The position numbers and the translations under genes were made by a program. A stretch of 64,000 nt of DNA. Origin: Bacillota bacterium. GTDB lineage: Bacteria > Bacillota > SHA-98 > UBA4971. The first letter of the stretch is position 1. Every line of letters begins with the position of its first letter. Under the pieces are notes generated by a model. The model made no database searches. It was not told the origin of the DNA and saw only the letters and a program-made list of their open reading frames with translations. The stretch covers positions 54,508 to 118,507 of the forward strand of contig JANLFY010000010.1 of assembly GCA_024653485.1 (NCBI GenBank), given 5' to 3'. Shown here one piece after another: positions 1 through 8,600 of the stretch.

Positions 1-1143
1 ATGTCCTCCAGTTTCATCCATGGCGATCCCTTCTATAGGCTTATCCAGGCATGGGACTCCGGCGGGATAGTCGTCTTGGATGTCGAGACGACGGACATCT
101 ACGCCGATGCCGTGGAAGTCATAGAGATCGCCGCAGCGCGAGTCGTGAGGGGCAAGGTGACCGGCACTTTCAGGGCCCTCCTTCGAAACACGGTGCCCGT
201 AGGCGCAAGCGAGATAATCCATCACTACAGCGACGATATGCTCCGGGAGGCCGGAGAGGAGGCCGCGGACGTTTTTCGCCGGTTCTTCCGGTTCGCTGCC
301 GACTCAGGCGGGATGCTTGCAGGCCACAATGCTCAAGCTTTCGACGTTCCGGTCATCGAGTCTCATGCACGCAGACTGGGATTATCCCCGCCCGGTTGGG
401 TATGCTACGATACGTTGGATCTGGCTCAGAGGTTCATTACGTCGCCTGGATACAGCCTCGGAGTCCTGGCCCAGACGCTTGGCCTCGAGCACGAACCTAC
501 TCACAAAGCCTTGGATGATGTCCTTTGTACCTGCGACCTGTTACGGGAGCTGATGCCGCTTATCACGAAAGGTGCCAGTGACAGACAGACTGTCGTGCTC
601 AGGCACAGCCAATACCTCGAACCATTTGCCCGGCTAGTGGACGGTTGGCGAGCCAAAGCGAGAACCGAAAGGCCACCGGACCTGCTTGATGAAATCTTGG
701 AGACTTCCGGGATAAGACGCCGGTATGCCAAGGAGCGTAACCGCCTGGATAACCTCGATACTCTGTGTCATTTCTTCCGCGTCAAGGATGAGCACGATCT
801 GGAACCGTGGGACGCGCTCCAGCACCTCACGAAGATGTGCGCGATCTCGACGAACGTCGATCTGATCGCAGACGACGACAACAGGGTTCCAGTCATCACC
901 GTTCACCAGGCCAAGGGCCTCGAGTTCGACTACGTGTTCCTTGTCAGCGCCACGGCCGATCAGTTTCCCTCCTATCTAGCCGTCAGGGACGGCAAGTTCG
1001 ACGAAGAGGCCCGGGTCTTCTATGTGGCAGTAACCCGGGCGCGCAAGCAGCTTTTCATCAGCTACCCGACCAGGCTCGGCGGATACTGGAAGAAGCCGAG
1101 CCCGTTCCTAGAGTATTTCGATCCGGAGTGCGTTTCGACGTAG
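1..1143 (+). CDS. DEDDh (DnaQ/RNase T-like) 3'-5' exonuclease fused to a UvrD-like helicase C-terminal domain (helicase motif VI region only); possibly 5'-truncated by the window edge
   Basis: Exo I motif VVLDVETTD near the N-terminus; H-x4-D region GHNAQAFDVPVIE. The C-terminus VITVHQAKGLEFDYVFLV...RVFYVAVTRARKQLFISY closely matches the UvrD/PcrA C-terminal motif (TxHxAKGLEFxxVFL ... RLxYVxxTRA). No helicase motifs I-V are present. Confidence 0.6.
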   Translation: MSSSFIHGDPFYRLIQAWDSGGIVVLDVETTDIYADAVEVIEIAAARVVRGKVTGTFRALLRNTVPVGASEIIHHYSDDMLREAGEEAADVFRRFFRFAADSGGMLAGHNAQAFDVPVIESHARRLGLSPPGWVCYDTLDLAQRFITSPGYSLGVLAQTLGLEHEPTHKALDDVLCTCDLLRELMPLITKGASDRQTVVLRHSQYLEPFARLVDGWRAKARTERPPDLLDEILETSGIRRRYAKERNRLDNLDTLCHFFRVKDEHDLEPWDALQHLTKMCAISTNVDLIADDDNRVPVITVHQAKGLEFDYVFLVSATADQFPSYLAVRDGKFDEEARVFYVAVTRARKQLFISYPTRLGGYWKKPSPFLEYFDPECVST

Positions 1144-1238
1144 ATACGCGGTAAAGGTCGCGCGCCGGCGCCAATCCCCATTCCGCCTGGGGCTCCGACG
1201 GGCCGGGCAACACGCGTATCAGGAGAGTCGGTGACGAA

Positions 1239-1997
1239 ATGCCGTCGCATGGAGGGATTGCCGTGTCACTGCGTTTTCACGAAATCGCCGAAGCGTACCA
1301 CCGCATCCTGAATCCGTTCACCGAGGACCAGTTGATGCTGTTGGGTGAGATCTGCCGGTTGCACCCTGGTCTCAGGCAGTTGGACCTGGCCTGCGGCAAG
1401 GGGGAGATGTTGTGTCGCTGGTCGCACAAGTACGGGATCAGCGGCGTGGGTGTGGACATCAGCACCGTGTTTCTTGAAGCTGCGCGAAAACGAGCCGTAG
1501 AACTGGGCGTGGCGGATAGACTGACGTTCGTCCAGGGCGACGCCGGAAAGTATCCCGGGCCGACCCATGACTTCGACGTGGTGAGCTGCATCGGCGCGAC
1601 ATGGATCGGCAACGGCCTGGTCGGCACGCTGGACTTGATGAAGCAGGCGCTCAGGCCTGGAGGGCTAGTCTTGGTCGGCGAACCCTACTGGATCGAGCCC
1701 CCGCCGGAGGCCGCCTACGCCGCCCTGGAGGTCGGCAAGGATGATTACGTGACCCTGGACGGCACGCTCGATCGGTTTGAATCGGCGGGCATGCACCTGA
1801 TCGAGATGGTTCTGGCGGATCACAACGGCTGGGATCGGTACGAAGCGCCGCGGTGGATGGCGGTGGACGACTTCCTTCGCGCCAACCCGGATGATCCCGA
1901 CGCGTCGGCCCTGCGCGATTGGAGCAGCCGCAACCGTCGGGTCTACTTGCAGTATGGCCGGCGCTATCTTGGATGGGGCGTGTTTGTCCTGAGGTAG
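1239..1997 (+). CDS. class I SAM-dependent methyltransferase (small-molecule type)
   Basis: Glycine-rich SAM-binding motif LDLACGKGEM; acidic loop VGVDIS; ~250 aa. AGGAGAG Shine-Dalgarno sequence 9 nt upstream of the ATG. Confidence 0.65.
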   Translation: MPSHGGIAVSLRFHEIAEAYHRILNPFTEDQLMLLGEICRLHPGLRQLDLACGKGEMLCRWSHKYGISGVGVDISTVFLEAARKRAVELGVADRLTFVQGDAGKYPGPTHDFDVVSCIGATWIGNGLVGTLDLMKQALRPGGLVLVGEPYWIEPPPEAAYAALEVGKDDYVTLDGTLDRFESAGMHLIEMVLADHNGWDRYEAPRWMAVDDFLRANPDDPDASALRDWSSRNRRVYLQYGRRYLGWGVFVLR

Positions 1998-2267
1998 GAG
2001 GTGCGGGCGTCGGACTGCAGTTCTCGACACGATTCGCCCAGCCGTCATGACGTCGCGCGTTTGGCCGTGGCTGCCGGCTCGCACGGGATAGCGATTTCCG
2101 GCGCTCTCAGCGCCTCGTTGATGACGGTCACCTCTCACCCACCAACAGATGGGGAAGCACCGCGGCATAGTCTCCGGTGAGGGCGGCTCGTCCGACATCG
2201 AAGGTGTGAGCATACTTGCGAGCGCACCGAGCGGACGGGTTTGACCTGGGCGGCCTCTATCCTCTGG

Positions 2268-2425
2268 CATCTGGCTAGGGCTGGCTAGGGCGCGTCGCGT
2301 CGCGCGGTCATAACGCGGCCAGCACGAGAACCGGCCGTGCGCTCTCCAGACTATGGTAAGGAGGCCGAGACATGTCGGCGCCAGCCCCCGTCCTAGATCG
2401 CGCCGGTCAGCCCTAGTCCGCCCTA
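2268..2425. repeat. long imperfect inverted repeat (tandem CTGGCTAGGG x2 on the left arm, CCCTAGTCCGCCCTAG on the right arm) enclosing a 14-codon mini-ORF with a perfect SD
   Basis: Left arm TGGCTAGGGCTGGCTAGGGCGCG at 2268-2291. Right arm CGCGCCGGTCAGCCCTAGTCCGCCCTAG at 2398-2425. Internal TAAGGAGG-N7-ATG (2371) encodes MSAPAPVLDRAGQP-stop. Lies between convergent genes. Confidence 0.4.
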
Positions 2426-2432
2426 GTGAGCA

Positions 2433-4412
2433 CTAGTCTGCGCTGCCGCCACCGCCGCCCGCGCCGCCACCGCCACCTCCCGAGAAGCCGCCTCCGCTCC
2501 CGGACGAGGACGACGCTAAGCTCGTCGCGATGGCATGCTCCAGCGACGTTGCGAGGCCTGTGAGGGCGCTCCCGAGGTCCGCGCCCGCCGAGGACACGAG
2601 CCACGCCTGTGCGAATCCCGTATGCGCGCCCGGCTGCGACAGCTCGGGGAATACCAGCTTGAGCTGGTCGATTACCTGTCTCGCGACGCCCAGCGTAATC
2701 GCGTACACGAGATAGTGCTCCCACAGCACGAGGGCCGGAACCGGGACGTCGCGCAAGGATGAGAAGTCCAGGAGGAATCGACGGAATGCCCTCCACATGG
2801 CGAACTCGGTCTGGCCCTTCCTCGACCGCCTCTTGATGGCCGCCGAGAGGATGACGATGATGACGCCGGTGACGGCCCATACGACGCTCGATACGACGAA
2901 CGCGAGCGAAAGAACCGACAGTGCCACTCCAGCCAGCACGAGGCCGAGGCCGCAGAGGACGCCAACAAGTCGCCCCGTCGAAGAGGACTTGTCGAAGAAA
3001 TCGTTGCGCTTCGCGTCGTCGCGTACCTTTGCCTGCCAGTCGCGGTAGTAGTACGCGAAGGTGCCCGGCTTCTTCTTGGCATAGGCGGTGATCTCGTCGA
3101 AGGTCACGGATTGGCCGTCGCCGATCGTGTAAAGGAGGATGTTGTACAGCGCCTTCTCATGGTCGAGAAGGCTTTCATCCTTGCCCTTGCCCGTCGCTCG
3201 AATGACGTAATCCACGTCGGTGGCCATGCGGAGCAGGCCGAGCATTCGCTTGCGCTCGGTCCTCCGCTCCTCGATGGTCAAATAGCCGCGCCTGGCGAGG
3301 TCCGTGACCGTGGCCGTGAAGTCCGCGGCGGACGGAGATCCGAAGCGCCACAACACTCCGAGCTCGGCCGGGGTGTATGTCGCAGGGAGCTCGCGATAGT
3401 AGTCGCCGCTGAACTCGGGCGTGTATTCGCGGTCGTAGCGTCGGTACAGGAACAGGAACCAGCACGCGAGCGCAAGGAGCGCCACCCCCGGCGCGAGGAA
3501 GGCGTTGTACTTGCGCAGCCGCGTCATCCGAGCCTCGCGCTCGGCTGCCCTCTGTCGCGCCAGGTTGGCCTGACGGGCGAGTTCCCCTTCCTCCTCGAGA
3601 ATGGCGGCGAGCGCATCACGCCCCGATGAGCGAGCGACGGCTGGCACGAGGGACTTGGGGAAGACTATGCGCGCCTCGACGAAGGTCTTCGCTGGGACCG
3701 GTGCTACGCTGAGCGAGACTCGCGTCGCGCTGTCTATCGACACCACACCCCAGAGCGGACCGTGCGCCCAGGCCCGTATGTCTTCCTTGGCCGCACCAGG
3801 TGGAAGGTCGATGGTGATGTGGGCGGCCTCGGACGAGACGTCCCACTCGTCGCCGATGCACTTCCAGTAGAGCTCGGCGACGTCGTTGTGAGACACGACC
3901 GCGCCCAGCATCCGATAGGCCAGCGAGAATGTGCGATCCTCGTCCTCAGCCCTGAAGTACCAGGCCACCTCGACCTGGTCGGCGGTGCGGGTCACGCGAT
4001 ACGTGCCGGGGATTCGCTCATCCGCGCCGCCTGCTCCGCCAGTCGCGGTCGACGCTGCGCCACCGGTCGACGAGACGTCGCGGTATTCTTCATCTCCCTC
4101 GAACACGCGGATGTCCTCGAGGGAGATCCCCTTATCCAGCGGGATCCACTGCCTCACTCGCGAGAACTCACCGTCGAAACGGAATGTGCGGTCCTCGCGG
4201 ACGAGCAGGGAGCCGTCGGACTGCACGGCGGCGTGGATGTTCACCTTGACGACGGAGAACTCCTTCGCCAGCGCGCTCGGCGCGGCGAGCATGATGAGGC
4301 CTGCCATCACAACGGCGGCCATGAGGAGGAGTGCCACGAGCTGGGACGCCGCCCGGGAGGCCGCGCGTGTGGACCTACGTCCGCGACGGGGACATACCAT
4401 TGCCAGCACCAC
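2433..4412 (-). CDS. DUF2207-family membrane protein with N-terminal signal/TM, central TM segments and a C-terminal glycine-rich tail
   Basis: N-terminal hydrophobic segment LVALLLMAAVVMAGLIMLAAPSALA; beta-rich ectodomain; hydrophobic helices near the C-terminus; terminal GGGFSGGGGGGAGGGGGS typical of DUF2207 proteins. Confidence 0.5.
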   Translation of the reverse strand: MVLAMVCPRRGRRSTRAASRAASQLVALLLMAAVVMAGLIMLAAPSALAKEFSVVKVNIHAAVQSDGSLLVREDRTFRFDGEFSRVRQWIPLDKGISLEDIRVFEGDEEYRDVSSTGGAASTATGGAGGADERIPGTYRVTRTADQVEVAWYFRAEDEDRTFSLAYRMLGAVVSHNDVAELYWKCIGDEWDVSSEAAHITIDLPPGAAKEDIRAWAHGPLWGVVSIDSATRVSLSVAPVPAKTFVEARIVFPKSLVPAVARSSGRDALAAILEEEGELARQANLARQRAAEREARMTRLRKYNAFLAPGVALLALACWFLFLYRRYDREYTPEFSGDYYRELPATYTPAELGVLWRFGSPSAADFTATVTDLARRGYLTIEERRTERKRMLGLLRMATDVDYVIRATGKGKDESLLDHEKALYNILLYTIGDGQSVTFDEITAYAKKKPGTFAYYYRDWQAKVRDDAKRNDFFDKSSSTGRLVGVLCGLGLVLAGVALSVLSLAFVVSSVVWAVTGVIIVILSAAIKRRSRKGQTEFAMWRAFRRFLLDFSSLRDVPVPALVLWEHYLVYAITLGVARQVIDQLKLVFPELSQPGAHTGFAQAWLVSSAGADLGSALTGLATSLEHAIATSLASSSSGSGGGFSGGGGGGAGGGGGSAD

Positions 4413-4787
4413 CTTTCACGATGCGCACGACGGGCTCGCGTGGCTCTGTGCTCCACGCTTCGCACATCGCCGTCCGCGGGTGTAGCGAAGCCTCTGCCCA
4501 TACCATCACATATGCTCCGGATTGTCGCACATACTGCGGATTATACGGATTATCGAGATCAACACTTACATTATCTGCATTCGGCACCTCGGGATGGGCT
4601 CCCGCCAACGTCCCGGTCCAGGGATGGGGCACGGGGAGACGAGGTCACTCGTGAACGCAGTTTCGAAGTCCTTTGCGGTTCTGTACGCTTTCATGTAACC
4701 CGGCGCTCCCTCTGGAGAGCCCCACGAACGCCCCATGTTTGCCAGACGGTTCGCTTCCGGTTACGTCCAAGGAACGATGGAATGGGG

Positions 4788-5117
4788 TCACGCCTTGGCC
4801 GGAGCGACCTCAGCTCGCCCCTGCTTGCTCTTGTCCCGAGTCGACGGAACGAGGTCCATCTGAAGTGAGCAGTCCAGCACGCGCGCCATGCGGTTCAGGG
4901 TGCGCAGGGTGACGTTGAGGAATTCACCCGATTCGAGCCTCGACACGACAGACTGCGATGTGCCCATGCGCTTGGCCAACTCCTTTTGTGTGATGCCGAG
5001 TCTCTTGCGCTGTTCCAGCAATTGAGAGACTACCCGGTACGCGGGAGCCAATTCGTCGTAGTGCTGTCTGACCTCGGGGTCGCTCAAGAGCCTTGTCCTG
5101 AATTCATTCCACTCCAT
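4788..5117 (-). CDS. higA: HigA-like antitoxin (XRE-family HTH)
   Basis: HTH LGITQKELAKRMGTSQSVVSRLESGE; 109 aa; lies immediately downstream of a RelE/HigB-like toxin gene, the toxin-first order typical of HigBA. Confidence 0.7.
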   Translation of the reverse strand: MEWNEFRTRLLSDPEVRQHYDELAPAYRVVSQLLEQRKRLGITQKELAKRMGTSQSVVSRLESGEFLNVTLRTLNRMARVLDCSLQMDLVPSTRDKSKQGRAEVAPAKA

Positions 5118-5159
5118 CCTTCCTCACCTCTCAGCACAGACATGAGGTGCCGCCGCCGG

Positions 5160-5531
5160 TCACTGTCGGCGCTCGCGCCTTGGACTTTCTCGGCGAGCGA
5201 CCCAGTCCCTCATGCGTGAATCTGCCACGTCCAGCTCCTTCTTCGGGGTCCTATCGCTCTGCTTTGTGTATGCATGCAGGAGCACAAACTCGCTTGGCCC
5301 AAACCTGAAGAGAAGAACCCTGTGGAGCCTTTCACCTTTGATGCGCAGCTCAAGGATCTCGCGCGTCAACCCTTTCATGTATGCGGTGCCAAGCAGGTCC
5401 AAGCCCTCCTCCTCGAGGAGATCGATCGTATGTACGATGCGAGCCTTGTCGCGGCTGGGCGCTCGCTCGATGTAATCGGCGACGGGGATTCGGCCAGATG
5501 CTGTCTCGAAAAGAAGCACACGCCATCTCAC
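5160..5531 (-). CDS. higB: HigB/RelE-family (Gp49-like) toxin
   Basis: 123 aa, basic, resembles Gp49/HigB toxins (…LLFRFGPSEFVLLHAYTKQSD…). GTG start with GAAGGAG Shine-Dalgarno sequence. Paired with the downstream XRE antitoxin. Confidence 0.65.
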   Translation of the reverse strand: MRWRVLLFETASGRIPVADYIERAPSRDKARIVHTIDLLEEEGLDLLGTAYMKGLTREILELRIKGERLHRVLLFRFGPSEFVLLHAYTKQSDRTPKKELDVADSRMRDWVARRESPRRERRQ

Positions 5532-5539
5532 AGTGCCAG

Positions 5540-5582
5540 CTCCTTCACAACAAACGATATATCATAAAAGCGATATCGTCAA
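5540..5582 (-). promoter_or_regulatory. candidate higBA promoter/operator: TTGACG -35 (minus strand) overlapping palindrome CGATATATCAtaaaagCGATATCG
   Basis: Inverted repeat ATATC-N8-GATAT at 5555-5578, directly upstream of the GAAGGAG ribosome-binding site of higB. Confidence 0.3.
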
Positions 5583-5646
5583 GAGAACTAGGCTCGTAGA
5601 GTAGGGAGACCACGCCCGCACGGCTGGCCCGGGGCGGGGGTGGGCA

Positions 5647-8600
5647 CTAGAACAATCTATGTTGGTGGAGAGGCGGCTTGCGCGTTCCGGCAAGGTCCCT
5701 GTCGCCGGTCGTGCTGACGACCTCCAGGACTTCCGCGGGTAGCTCGCGGACGAACCGGGACCGGCTGTCGGGTTGTGCCGGCCCGACGAGCACGAGAGCC
5801 TCGGCCGCCCTCGTGAGGGCGACGTAGAAGAGCCTGCGCTCCTCAGCGAGTGCCTCGCCGTCAACGGAGTCCTTCCACGGCACGACTCCGTCGGCGAGCC
5901 CGACGAGGATGACGGCCGGGAACTCGAGGCCCTTCGCTGCGTGCATGGTGAGGAGGCTCACGCCCTCGCCGTGGTGCACGCCGTGTTGCACGCCCTTGTG
6001 CGCGCCGAGGTGCACGCCGTCGTGCGCGGTGGGACGCGCGCCCGGACGCGCGAGGTCCTCGCGGCGTTCGTGGTCCGTGTCCTGTCCGGTCGTCAAGCGA
6101 AAGAGGAACTCAGAGAGTGACACGTCGCGAGCGGCCAGGGCGACCTGGCGGACGGCGCGCGATGTCGCCGCGGCCTCGGATCCAGCGGCGCGCACGAGCA
6201 GGTCGGAGGCGGGCGCCACAGGCGCGAGTGCGGCGAGCTCGGCGAGGAGATCGAGGAATGCCTGGAGTCTCGCGCGCGCTGCGGGCGTGAGACTGTCTGT
6301 GGCGGCGAGGGCTGCGGCTGTCTCAGCCAGAGGCGAGCAAGCCGAGCTGTAGGCGGCGCTGCCGGAAGCCGGGCCTGCTGCCTGCGCGCTCGCCGCGAGC
6401 AGGGCGAGGGCCTCGGTGCCCGGGTTGAAGCGCGTGTCGCGGAGCGCGATCATGAAACGCAGATCCGTCGGCCTGTCCACGCAGCGCAGGATGTCCAGGG
6501 CCTCGCGGACCGCCGGGGTGGATGTGAGCGCACGCTGGCCGAGGACGCGGTACGGAATGCCCTCCGCGAGGAGCGCCTCCTCGATGGGGTCGGCCTGGCG
6601 GCCCGTGCGGAAGAGGATGGCGATCTCCCCCAGGCTGAACGGGCGATCAGGTATTTCTCCACTCTGGCGATCCGCGGCGAGCATGCCCGTCCCGCCGACC
6701 AGGCGCTCGATCTCTCGCACCACCGCTCGCGGCTCGGCTTGTGGTGAGTCGATCGGGACGTACCGGATGAGCGCGCCACCACCCGGGCGGGAGACCGAGA
6801 CGTTCGCTTGCGTGACCGGCGTCAGCACGGCGTTCGCGGCCCGCACGATCGTGGCGGAGCTGCGGTAGTTCAGGGAGAGGCGAACGTGCGTCGCCTGCGG
6901 AAAGTCCGCGGCGAGCTGTGCGAAGAAACGGCGGTCCGCGCCACGGAAACCGTAAATGGCCTGGTCCGGGTCGCCGATCACGAAGAGATTGCTGCCGTCG
7001 CCTGCGAGCGCGCGGACCAGCTCGTACTGGACGGCATTCACGTCCTGAAACTCGTCTACCAGCAGGTGCGTCGCGCGCCTTCGGGCAGCAAGGCCCGCCA
7101 GGCTGTCGTTGCGTCGGACTATGTCGAGCGCTCCGAGGAGCAAATCGTCGTAGTCGTAGGCTTGGGCGGCGGCGAGGAGTTCTTGGTATCGCTTGTACGC
7201 GCGGGCGAGCGGGGCGGGCACCCTGGGATCGCCCGGCCGAACGCCGCGGCCTTTGAGCCGCGAGAAGGCTTCAGCGGGATTGGAAAGCGGCGGCGCCGCG
7301 CCGGCCCCGCCAGCCCCGACAGCCCGGATAGCCCCGTCAGATCCGCCAGACCCGTCAGATCCGTCAGATCCGCCAGACCCGTCAGATCCGCCGGAGCCGC
7401 CAGCTCCAGCAGCTGCGCCAGCCCCGGCAGACCCGGCAGCTCCCGCCAATTCGGCAGATCCGGCAGCCTCCACAGACCCGGCAGCCCCCGCCGATCCGGC
7501 AGACACGATGCCACCCACAGCCTCGACTGCCTCCGCAGCTAGCGCCGCTGCCTCGCGGCTGTCGAGCACCACGGGTCGCACACCGAGGCTCTCGGCGATG
7601 ACGTCCGCGCAGAAGCGGTGGAAAGTGCCCACGGTGACGCGCGAGGCCGCGTCGCCCAGCAAGGCGTTGAGGCGCGCGCGCATCTCGTCCGCCGCTCGGT
7701 GCGTAAAGGTGATGGCGGTTATCGATTCAGGAGGCACGCCCTCGCCGATGAGGAACGCCACGCGATGGACCAGCGTGCGCGTCTTGCCCGTGCCGGGCCC
7801 CGCGGCCACGATGACCGGGCCGCGGCGCGCTGTGACCGCGTGTCTCTGCGCCTCGTTGAGGCTGTCGAGGAGGCCGCCGACGGGCGAGCGTGCCGTCGCT
7901 AACGATGTGGCGAATGCCGTTGCGGCTGCGGTCCCGAATGCCGGCTTGGGCGCCGCTCCAGGCGCTGTCCCGTGTGCCGGCTCTGGTGCCGTCCCGGGTA
8001 CTGCTTCGGGTGCTGTTTCGGGCTCCGGCCGCATCTCGGTAGCTGGCGCGGACCCCGGCGCCAGCTCCGCCGAAGCCTCCGCGCTCGGGTCGGTGGCGTC
8101 CCCCTGCGGGGCGTGGGGGGCGCGCGGGGCACGCGGGACGCGGGGTACACGGGTCGCGCTCCCGGCGCCGCGGCGCGTGCCCATGGAATGCGTCCCGGGC
8201 AATGCGAAGAGAAGGGCCTGTCCCGAGAGCTCGCGCCTCTCTTCGGCGGTGAATATCGTGAGCTTCCCATACTCCCCGTCATACCCAGGCCGGTACGAGA
8301 CCTCGCCGTGCCTTACCCTGCGGACGGCCTCGGCGACCACCGGTCCCGCGAGCGCGGCGATGTCGTCGAGAGGTGCCTCACGAAGGAGCGGGATCTCCGC
8401 GCCGAGCTCATGGATGAGCTTGTCCTCGAGGTCGCGCACGCGACGGCTGGCGGGGCCCACTCCGAGCGCCTCCGCCAAGATCTCACCCAGCGACACGAGT
8501 GACCGATACGGGTTCGCGCCCGGCGGTCGAAAGCCCTCGGGCCTGTCAGCGAGCTCCGCCACGCGGTGCAGCACTCCGATGGTGACCGGACGGCCGCACA

